NCBI GenBank assembly: GCA_003220675.1
Contig: QHTD01000063.1
Location: forward strand, 1-56,340
Direction of reading: 5' to 3'
Length of the DNA: 56,340 nt
DNA from: Candidatus Rokuibacteriota bacterium
GTDB taxonomy: Bacteria > Methylomirabilota > Methylomirabilia > Rokubacteriales > CSP1-6
In this document: piece by piece, positions 49,320 to 56,340 of the stretch
Layout: every line of letters starts with the position of its first letter
How positions within the stretch are numbered: the stretch's first letter is position 1
Translations under genes and position numbers: made by a program
Notes under the pieces: model-generated
What the model was told of the DNA's origin: nothing
What the model saw: the letters and a program-made list of their open reading frames with translations, nothing else
Databases searched by the model: none

Positions 49320-50309
49320 ATGGAGCAGGCGCTGGCATGGCTCTCCCGCTGGGGCGTTTCGCTCGCCTCGCTCGGCGGCGGCCTCCTCACGCTGCTCGTC
49401 TTCCGCCGCGGTCTGCCAAACGTCGGGTGGATCGTCGGTTACCTGCTGCTCCTGTGGCTGCTCTTCGCCGTCTTCATCGAGATGCGGCAGGCCCTCGCGG
49501 GCTCGGCGCAGAAGTCCCGGCGGCTCATCGTCTCGGCGGTGGACTACACGATCCAGACCCTCTACCACGGCCTGCTCCTCTTCGTGCTGCCGGCGTATTA
49601 CGCCGCCGCCACACTCACCTCGCTGAACGGCGTGTTCCTCGCGCTGCTCGTGGCGCTGGCGCTCCTGACGACCATCGACCCGTGGTACCGGGCCATCGTC
49701 CAGCCGCGGCCGTGGCTCAGCTACCTCTTCTTCGTCATGTCGATCTTCGCGCCGCTCAACGTGGCGCTGCCACTCGTGGGGGTGCCGCCGTTCCCGTCGC
49801 TCGTCATGAGCGCGTTCCTGGCGTGGGTCTCGCTGACCCCCGCCCTGCGCCGCGGGCAGCGCGCGACGTGGCCGATGGCCTTCCGCACGGCGGTCGCGGT
49901 GGGCGTCGTCGCCGCCACGTTCGTCGCGCTCGGCCGGGCCCTGATCCCGCCGGCGCCGCTCTTCCTCGCGCGCGCCGCGATCGCCTGGGACGTCGTGAAC
50001 ATGGACTCGCTCGAGCCCGCGCCCGACACCATCGGCGCGGACGAGCTCAGGCTGCGCGGTCTGATAGCGTACACTGCGATCTACGCGCCGGCCGGGCTCT
50101 TCCAGCCCATCAACCACGTGTGGCGGCGCGAGGGGCAGGTGGTGAACGTGGTGAGCCTCTCCCCCGTCAAGGGCGGGCGGCAGGAGGGGTTCAGGACCTA
50201 TTCGCGTAAGACGTCGTTTCCGGCCGATCCGACGGGTCGCTGGACGGTGGACGTCGAGACGAGCTCGGGTCAGCTCATCGGCCGGCTGCGCTTTCGCGTG
50301 ACCCCATAG
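49320..50309 (+). CDS. DUF5924/DUF2914-like membrane protein
   Basis: Multiple TM helices; C-terminal YTAIYAP.GL...HVW...GGR..GFRTYS.K...GRW.VDV.T..GQLIGR. Confidence 0.8.
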   Translation: MEQALAWLSRWGVSLASLGGGLLTLLVFRRGLPNVGWIVGYLLLLWLLFAVFIEMRQALAGSAQKSRRLIVSAVDYTIQTLYHGLLLFVLPAYYAAATLTSLNGVFLALLVALALLTTIDPWYRAIVQPRPWLSYLFFVMSIFAPLNVALPLVGVPPFPSLVMSAFLAWVSLTPALRRGQRATWPMAFRTAVAVGVVAATFVALGRALIPPAPLFLARAAIAWDVVNMDSLEPAPDTIGADELRLRGLIAYTAIYAPAGLFQPINHVWRREGQVVNVVSLSPVKGGRQEGFRTYSRKTSFPADPTGRWTVDVETSSGQLIGRLRFRVTP

Positions 50310-50336
50310 AACTCCGATTCGCTGAAGGAGGTCGCC

Positions 50337-50750
50337 ATGGCTGAGACAGTGCGAGCCGTCGATTACTTCTACATGCTGGTGCCCGACAAGCCGGGCGAGG
50401 GGGCGCGGATCCTGGGTGCGCTCAAGAAGGCGGGCGTGAACCTGCTCGCCTACTCGGGCTTCCCGAGCGGGCGGGGCGCCCAGCTCGACTTCGTCCCGGC
50501 TGATCCCGCCGCCTTCCAGGCCGTCGCCAGGCAGAACAAGTGGAAGGTGAAGGGCCCGAAGCGTGCGTTCGTGATCGACGGGGACGACCGGGTCGGCGCC
50601 TGCTGGGAGATCCTCGACAAGCTGGCCGCGGCGAAGATCAACGTGACCGCGATGGACGCCGTCGCGACCGGTGTCGGGCGCTGGGGCGCGATCCTCTGGG
50701 TGAAGTCGGGGGCCGTCAAGAAGGCGGCCGGGGTCCTGGGAGCGATGTGA
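50337..50750 (+). CDS. Tandem ACT-like domain protein
   Basis: AAGGAGG SD; repeated DKPG...L..AGVNL and DRVG...L.AAKINV. Confidence 0.78.
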   Translation: MAETVRAVDYFYMLVPDKPGEGARILGALKKAGVNLLAYSGFPSGRGAQLDFVPADPAAFQAVARQNKWKVKGPKRAFVIDGDDRVGACWEILDKLAAAKINVTAMDAVATGVGRWGAILWVKSGAVKKAAGVLGAM

Positions 50751-51523
50751 TCCTGGACCTCGTCGACACGCACGCGCACCTGCACTTCCCGGAGTTCGCG
50801 GGCGACCTCGAGGCGGTCCTCGAGCGGGCGCGCGCCGCCGGGGTGCGGTGCATGGTCACGATCGGCACCGACGTGGAGAGCTCGCGCGCGGCCGTGGCGC
50901 TTGCCGGGCGCGAGCCCGACGTCTGGGCTGCGGTCGGCATCCATCCCCACGCGGCGGGCCTAGCCGACGAGGCTCGACTCGCCGAGATCGAGCGGCTCGC
51001 CGCGGCGCCGCGCGTCGTCGCGATCGGCGAGACGGGGCTGGATTTTTTTCGTCTCCTCTCTCCCCGCGACGCCCAGGAGCGTGCGTTCCGGGCCCAGCTC
51101 GCCCTCGCGCGCCGCCTGCGCAAGCCCGTGCTCGTCCACTGTCGGGATGCCCACGAGGAGACGCTCGCGATCCTCGCCGAGGTGCCTGTGGGCGAGGCGG
51201 GCGGCATCATGCACTGCTTCTCGGGTGACACGGCGATCGCCCGGCGCTGCCTCGATCTGGGGCTGCTCATCTCGCTCGCCGGCCCGGTGACCTACCCGAA
51301 GGCCCGCGCGCTCCCCGAGGTCGCGAAGGTGGTGCCCGCCGACCGCCTCGTCGTCGAGACCGACTGCCCGTTCCTCCCGCCCCAGCCCTACCGGGGCAAG
51401 CGCAACGAGCCGGCCTATCTCGCGGTCACCGCCGCGCGCGTGGCCGAGCTACGCGCGGAGCCGCTCGAAGAGCTCGCGTCGCGCATGTCGGAGAACGCCC
51501 GCACGCTCCTCCGCCTTCGGTGA
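50747..51523 (+). CDS. tatD: TatD-family nuclease
   Basis: Start GTG 50747; DTHAH, GIHPH, IGETGLD, VHCR, HCFSG, ETDCPFL.P, RNEP. Confidence 0.95.
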   Translation: MILDLVDTHAHLHFPEFAGDLEAVLERARAAGVRCMVTIGTDVESSRAAVALAGREPDVWAAVGIHPHAAGLADEARLAEIERLAAAPRVVAIGETGLDFFRLLSPRDAQERAFRAQLALARRLRKPVLVHCRDAHEETLAILAEVPVGEAGGIMHCFSGDTAIARRCLDLGLLISLAGPVTYPKARALPEVAKVVPADRLVVETDCPFLPPQPYRGKRNEPAYLAVTAARVAELRAEPLEELASRMSENARTLLRLR

Positions 51524-52314
51524 CGCGCGCGCTCGCGCTGGCCGGCCTGCTGGAGGGCCGGTCGAACGCGGAGCGCGGGGCGGCGGTGGCGCGCCACCTG
51601 GCGTCGTGCGGCGTTCCGTTCGTCCGCCACGCGTTCACGGCGCCCGAGGGCCGCGGCGAGAGCTTCGCCGTTGACCTGGGCTCGGGCGATCGGGTCTTCG
51701 TTCTCTGCGCCCACCATGACGCGGTTCCCGGCAGCCCCGGCGCCAACGACAACGCCGCCGCCGTCGGGATCCTCCTCACGCTCACCGAGCGCGTCGCGAT
51801 CCCAGCGGGACTCCGCGTGCGGCTCCTCTTCACGGCGGCGGAGGAGCTCGACTACCTCGGCGCGCGCGCCTACGTGCGCGACGTCGGCGTGGCGGGAATC
51901 GTCGGTGTGCTGAGCCTCGAGCTGTGCGGCATCGGCGACAGCCTGGTCGTGTGGGATGCGACCGAGGACACCGGGGTCACGCGGACAATCCGCCGCGCGC
52001 TCGAGTCGAGCGGACTCAAGCACGACGAGGGCTACCACGTCGTCGGCCGCATCCCGCGCTTCGGGAGCGACCACCGCGCGTTCACGGCCGCGGGCGTGCC
52101 CGCCTACGGGCTCACCGTGGTCCCGTCGGCGAACGCCGACGCGCTCCGCCAGTTCATCTTCCACCCGATGTGGGGGGCACTCAGGTTCCTGGTCCGCCGC
52201 CCCGCGCCCTTCGACACCTACCACACGCCGCGCGACGCGCTCGCCACGCTCGAGCCACGCGCGCTCGATCTCGTCGGCACGGCGCTCGCGGCAGTGATCG
52301 CCGAGTTGGGGTGA
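51520..52314 (+). CDS. M28-family metallopeptidase
   Basis: AHHD, PGANDNA, AEE, SDH, YHT..D. Confidence 0.88.
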   Translation: MTRALALAGLLEGRSNAERGAAVARHLASCGVPFVRHAFTAPEGRGESFAVDLGSGDRVFVLCAHHDAVPGSPGANDNAAAVGILLTLTERVAIPAGLRVRLLFTAAEELDYLGARAYVRDVGVAGIVGVLSLELCGIGDSLVVWDATEDTGVTRTIRRALESSGLKHDEGYHVVGRIPRFGSDHRAFTAAGVPAYGLTVVPSANADALRQFIFHPMWGALRFLVRRPAPFDTYHTPRDALATLEPRALDLVGTALAAVIAELG

Positions 52315-52320
52315 GCAGAC

Positions 52321-52608
52321 CTAGGAAAGACGCGGGCCGGACCCGATGCGGGCGAGGAGCCGAGAGGCCCGCTGAGCCTCGGCCGCCGGCACGAGGATGA
52401 TGACCTCGCCCTGGTCGCCGACCGTGAACGGGTGCACGGAGTGCGCGAGACGCGAGGAGAGAAGCGTCGGGATGCCCTCGCTCTCGAAGAGGCTCTTCAC
52501 CACGACCGCCTCGGCCCGATCGCAGCGGCGGACCTCGGCGAGGCCGCCGTCCGCGCGGGGCTCGCGCGGCAGCGTCGGAAACCGGATCACCTTCCCGCGG
52601 CGGGTCAT
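52321..52608 (-). CDS. DUF2007-like small protein
   Basis: Start ATG 52608; EAVVVKSLFESEGIP, V.ILVP....RA..LL. Confidence 0.75.
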   Translation of the reverse strand: MTRRGKVIRFPTLPREPRADGGLAEVRRCDRAEAVVVKSLFESEGIPTLLSSRLAHSVHPFTVGDQGEVIILVPAAEAQRASRLLARIGSGPRLS

Positions 52609-52615
52609 CGGTCCG

Positions 52616-52623
52616 AGTATAAT
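52616..52623. promoter_or_regulatory. Overlapping divergent -10 elements (AGTATAAT)
   Basis: TATAAT on + (52618-52623) and TATACT on - (52621-52616). Confidence 0.65.
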
Positions 52624-52658
52624 CCCTTTGCTCGCCACCCAGCCGGCGGGAGGGACCG

Positions 52659-53957
52659 ATGGAAAAGTTCGAGTACTTCGGCGGAATTCCCGAGATCGGA
52701 ATCGTTCCCCGGGCGCCCCACGCGGGTCCCCTCGTCCGCCACGTCTACGAGCAGGAGCACGGGCGGGGCGGCTTCGCGGGCAAGGTCACCCACACCTACC
52801 ATCTCTACCCGCCGAACAACTGGCTGCCGGACGAGACGCGCGTGCTCGACCGCCGCACCTGGGCGCCCGACTGGGAATCGCCGCTCGGGCCCCTCGGCGG
52901 CGTGCTCCATGCGCTCGACGTGATGTCGCCCGACGCCCCGCGCGACGTCTACCGGGGCATGGCGCGGCTCGTGGCAAACGCGACGGTGGCGATGAACGTG
53001 ACGGCCCCGCGGGCGCCGATGGACTACGTCTTCGAGCACCACTCGGCCACGCTCGTCTTCTTCATCCATCAGGGCGGCGGGACGCTCGAGACGATGTTCG
53101 GCCCGATCGAGTTCCGGAAGGGGGACTTCCTGATCGTGCCCAAGGGAATCGCGCACCGGTTCGAGCTCCAGCCCGGGCCCCAGTCCTACTGGGTGTACGA
53201 GTCCTTCGCGGGTGACCCCGAGAAGTCCGAGGCGCCGACGACCGGGCAGTTCATCACGCACAGCCGGAGCGACTACAAGTTCCCGCGTACGCTCGACACG
53301 CGCAACGAGGCGGGTCGCTTCGAGATCGTCTCGAAGGTGGCCGAGGTCTACACGCGCCGGGTGCATCCGACGCACCCGTTCGACGTCGTCGGCTGGCGGG
53401 GCGACTATCTCCCGTACAAGTTCGCCGTCGAGGACGTGCGCCCGCTCGTCGCCGACCGCTCGCACGTGCCGCCCTCGGGCCACACGATCTTCAAGCTCCC
53501 GGGCTGCTACATCTGCGTCTTCACCGTGCGCTCGGTCGAGAAGGAAGGGATGTGGCTGCCGTTCTTCCACCGAAACCTCGACTACCTCGAGACGATCGGC
53601 TACCACTTCGGCGATTTCTTCAGCGGGGGCGGCGTGGTCACGGCGGGGATGGTGACGCTCCATCCGGTCGGCCTGCCGCACGGCCCGAAGCCGGCCGCCC
53701 TGAGGGCGTTCCTGGACAGCCGGAACCCCCGCGTCCATCACGAGGTCGCCATCATGGCGGACCTCGCGAACCCGACCCAGATCTCGGAGTTCGCCCTCTC
53801 CCTCTCCAAGCCGGACTACATGCGGAGCTGGGTGGACTACACGACCGACCCGCGCTTCACGCACCGGCCCGACCGGCTCGCCGAGGTCCGCGCGCTCGCC
53901 GAGCGGTACGCGGACGCGCGCGACGAGCTGCGGCCCCAGGATCCGGCGCCCGAGTGA
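52659..53957 (+). CDS. Homogentisate 1,2-dioxygenase-like cupin enzyme (divergent)
   Basis: EHGRGGF.G, L.TMFG...F.KGD...PKG, HPFDVVGWRGD..PY, HVPPSGH, PFFHRN.D..E, TLHP.G.PHGP (His/Glu/His iron ligands present). Confidence 0.82.
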   Translation: MEKFEYFGGIPEIGIVPRAPHAGPLVRHVYEQEHGRGGFAGKVTHTYHLYPPNNWLPDETRVLDRRTWAPDWESPLGPLGGVLHALDVMSPDAPRDVYRGMARLVANATVAMNVTAPRAPMDYVFEHHSATLVFFIHQGGGTLETMFGPIEFRKGDFLIVPKGIAHRFELQPGPQSYWVYESFAGDPEKSEAPTTGQFITHSRSDYKFPRTLDTRNEAGRFEIVSKVAEVYTRRVHPTHPFDVVGWRGDYLPYKFAVEDVRPLVADRSHVPPSGHTIFKLPGCYICVFTVRSVEKEGMWLPFFHRNLDYLETIGYHFGDFFSGGGVVTAGMVTLHPVGLPHGPKPAALRAFLDSRNPRVHHEVAIMADLANPTQISEFALSLSKPDYMRSWVDYTTDPRFTHRPDRLAEVRALAERYADARDELRPQDPAPE

Positions 53958-55195
53958 CGGCGGCCGGCGTCCTCTCCGAGGAGGCGGAGCGCGCGGCGGC
54001 GCTCGCCCTCGACCTGCGCGCGCTGCCCGACGACTTCTACGACGACCCGTTCCCCTACTACCACCGGCTGCGGCGCTGGGACCCGGTGCACCGCGGCCCG
54101 GACGGCTCGTACTTCCTCACGCGCTACGATGACGTCGTCGCCGTCTACCAGGACCACCACACGTGGAGCTCCGACAAGCGTGTGGAGTTCGCGCCGAAGT
54201 TCGGCGCGAGCCCGCTCTACGAGCACCACACGACGAGCGTCGTCTTCCGCGATCCGCCCGACCACACGCGCATCCGGAAGCTCTTCGCCCCGGCGTTCAC
54301 GCCGAGGGCGCTCGCCGCGCTCGAGCCGCGCGTCGCCCGGTTCGTCGATGGGCTCCTCGACCGCGCCGCCGCCCGGGGTGGGATGGACGTGGTGGAGGAC
54401 TTCGCCGCCGCGCTGCCCGTCCAGCTCATCGGCGACATGCTCGGCGTGCCGCGGGAGGAGCGCGGGCCGCTGCGCGGCTGGTCGCTCGCGATTCTCGGCG
54501 CGCTCGAGCCGGAGCCCGGCCCCCGGCGCCTCGAGGCGGGCAGCCGCGCCGTCGACGAGTTCAAGGGCTACCTCCGCCGGCTGATCGCCGACCGGCGGCG
54601 GCGCCCGAGCACGGATCCCGGCGAGATCCTGTCCGCGCTGCTCGCGGCCGAGGACGCCGGCGACCGGCTCACCGAGCTGGAGCTCCTGCACCAGTGCATC
54701 TTCCTCCTCAACGCGGGCCACGAGACCACGACGAACCTGATCGCCAACGCCGTCGTGAGCCTGCTCGAGCACCCGAGGGAGCACCTGCGGCTCCGCGCCG
54801 AGCCCGGCTTGATCACGACCGCCGTCGAGGAGTTCCTCCGCTTCCAGAGCCCGAACCAGCTCGGCAATCGGCGCGCCGTGCGCGAGGCGGTGCTCGGGGG
54901 CGTCGCGATGGACGCGGGAACGCTCGTCACGCTCGGGATCGGAGCCGCCAACCGCGACCCTGCGCAGTTCCCGGACCCTGACCGTCTCGACATCGGGCGC
55001 ACGCCGAACCGCCACCTGGCGTTCATCACGGGTATCCACGCCTGCGCCGGGATGTGGCTCGCGCGGATGGAGGGCCGCGCGGCGATCGGCCGGCTCGTCG
55101 CCCGGTTTCCGAACCTCCGCGCGGCGGGACCGCCGGTCCGTGCGCATCGCGCGCGCTTCCGCGTGGTCAGCTCGTTCCCGATCACCGTCGGCTGA
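53954..55195 (+). CDS. Cytochrome P450
   Basis: Start GTG 53954 (GTGA overlap); DPPDHTR.R, NAGHETT, EEFLR, ANRDP, HLAFITGIHACAG. Confidence 0.95.
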   Translation: MTAAGVLSEEAERAAALALDLRALPDDFYDDPFPYYHRLRRWDPVHRGPDGSYFLTRYDDVVAVYQDHHTWSSDKRVEFAPKFGASPLYEHHTTSVVFRDPPDHTRIRKLFAPAFTPRALAALEPRVARFVDGLLDRAAARGGMDVVEDFAAALPVQLIGDMLGVPREERGPLRGWSLAILGALEPEPGPRRLEAGSRAVDEFKGYLRRLIADRRRRPSTDPGEILSALLAAEDAGDRLTELELLHQCIFLLNAGHETTTNLIANAVVSLLEHPREHLRLRAEPGLITTAVEEFLRFQSPNQLGNRRAVREAVLGGVAMDAGTLVTLGIGAANRDPAQFPDPDRLDIGRTPNRHLAFITGIHACAGMWLARMEGRAAIGRLVARFPNLRAAGPPVRAHRARFRVVSSFPITVG

Positions 55196-55233
55196 GCGAT
55201 CGATGCGCGCCGCGATCGCGTTCGGCCTGCTGA

Positions 55234-55797
55234 GCAACGCTCCTGACCTCCGCCGGCGAGCGCGTGGTCGCGGGAGAGTACTGGCGCCTGATGAGCGCCA
55301 CGCTTCTTCACGGCAGCCTGGATCACCTCGACGGCAACGCGATCGCGCTCTTTATCCTCGGCATGGTCTGCGAGCACGCGTTCGGGCGCGGCCAGCTCGT
55401 CGTTCTCTACGTGGCGAGCGGGCTGACCGGCTCGCTGGCGAGCCTCATGACGAGCCCGGGACCTTCGGTGGGCGCGTCGGGGGCGATCTTTGGCCTGCAG
55501 GGCGCCGCAATCGTCCTCTTCCGGACGCAGCGTGACCGCCTGCTGCTCCGCGACCGGCGCGTCGGCTTCGTGCTCCTGATCTGGGCGATCTACACGATCG
55601 CCGGCGGGCTCCTGACGCCGCTGATCGACAACGGCGTCCACGTCGGCGGCGCGCTCGCGGGCGGGCTAATCGCGCGCCGGCTCCGTCCCGTCGTCCTGGC
55701 CCCGCTCTCGGCCGAGCAGGCGGCCCGCGTGCAGCGCCGGCTCTGGCTCGTCGCCGCGGTGCTCGCCTACACGGTCTGGGGGTGGATAGGCAGTTAG
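55234..55797 (+). pseudogene. Rhomboid intramembrane protease, 5'-truncated (possible pseudogene)
   Basis: GEYWRL, H...H..GN, SVGASGAIFG, HVGG motifs; the frame is closed by TGA at 55231 just upstream of the WR loop, so TM1 is absent; first start codon is GTG 55264. Confidence 0.6.
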
Positions 55798-55947
55798 CTA
55801 CTGTTCCGTCCTCGGGCCACGTACGACAGGGGTCGCGTTGACCACGCGGCACGCGTCCGGTGCCCCGTTGCGGCTGGGCTCCAACCGGGCGCGCCCAGTC
55901 CGCCACCCCCGGCGACATTCCTCAACACTGATTTCAGGGACGGGACC

Positions 55948-56340
55948 CTAGAGGTCACGGGCGGCCGGGAGCTGCGGCAGCGAGGCGGCGGCGCGCGCGC
56001 CGCGACAGATCGCGCGCGCGACCGCGTCGGCGGCGGCCAATCCCAGGCGGGTGAGATCGGCGGGGCGGTCGCCGACGGAGAGCGCGAAGAGCGTGTCGCC
56101 GTCGAACGCCGTATGGGGTGGAGAGAGCGCGCGGTCGAAGCCGAGCATCCCGAGCGCCGCGAGCGCAGCGGCTTCGGCGCGGTCGAGGCGCGCGTTGGTC
56201 GCGATGACGCCGATCGTCGTGTGCTCCGGCGCGGCGAAGCGGCCGAGCGCGGCGCCGGCGAGGAGCGCGCGGGCCGAATCCACGAGGCGCCGACCCTCGG
56301 CGGCATCGCGCGTGCCGGCGACGAGGGCGCCGGTATCGGG
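55948..56340 (-). CDS. Peptidase S58 / DmpA (P1) family, 3' part
   Basis: HTTIGVIATNA.L, P.HT.FDGDTLFALS; the frame stays open to the window edge. Confidence 0.85.
   Translation of the reverse strand, partial: PDTGALVAGTRDAAEGRRLVDSARALLAGAALGRFAAPEHTTIGVIATNARLDRAEAAALAALGMLGFDRALSPPHTAFDGDTLFALSVGDRPADLTRLGLAAADAVARAICRGARAAASLPQLPAARDL

Noticed and set aside
51043-51049. T7 homopolymer in tatD as a phase-variation or slippage site
   Set aside because: Short, in frame, and encodes the ordinary LDFF motif.
55798-55947. tRNA-Sec, SRP RNA or 6S RNA in the last intergenic gap
   Set aside because: No UCA anticodon arm or T-loop, SRP GGAA loop motif, or 6S-like long hairpin is recognisable.

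Overview
High-GC (roughly 70% by eye), gene-dense bacterial chromosome segment. Gene content and style suggest Candidatus Rokubacteria/Methylomirabilota, but that is an inference. I see no rRNA, tRNA, CRISPR array, integrase or transposase. Left to right: (1) partial ald, two alpha/beta hydrolases, a zinc-ribbon/class III cyclase/STAND-ATPase/TPR protein, an EamA transporter, typA, a PilZ membrane protein, two tandem cyclophilins, a D-aminoacylase, an ArnT-like glycosyltransferase and an aldehyde dehydrogenase. (2) A redox/trace-element region: tpx, a DsrE-family gene that the ORF track truncates but which reads through an in-frame UGA (UxxC motif plus SECIS-like hairpin, i.e. a probable selenoprotein), a nagB-like gene, tupAB, a 2.9-kb islet bounded by an exact 20-bp direct repeat (degenerate RsbW-like ATPase/GNAT fusion, orphan ORF, TsdA-like diheme cytochrome), modABC, tupC, an N-terminally extended moaC, an acuC-like deacetylase, and an SCO + secreted SBP56/MtoX-like pair that appears to lack both TTQ tryptophans. 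(3) A ~14-kb trehalose/osmotic-stress locus headed by a receptor-like TM-sensor-TM-HAMP-OtsA fusion, followed by OtsB, a DUF5752-like protein, two glycosyltransferases with degenerate catalytic motifs, TreS, Pal, a sugar ABC importer without ATPase and small envelope proteins. This is the best candidate for an undescribed system. (4) tmk-holB-ricT-metG-(3 genes)-tatD-M28 peptidase. (5) An hmgA-like dioxygenase, a P450, a truncated rhomboid and a partial DmpA-family peptidase. A REP/MITE-like palindrome family with compensatory stem changes and several apparently leaderless promoters are also visible.
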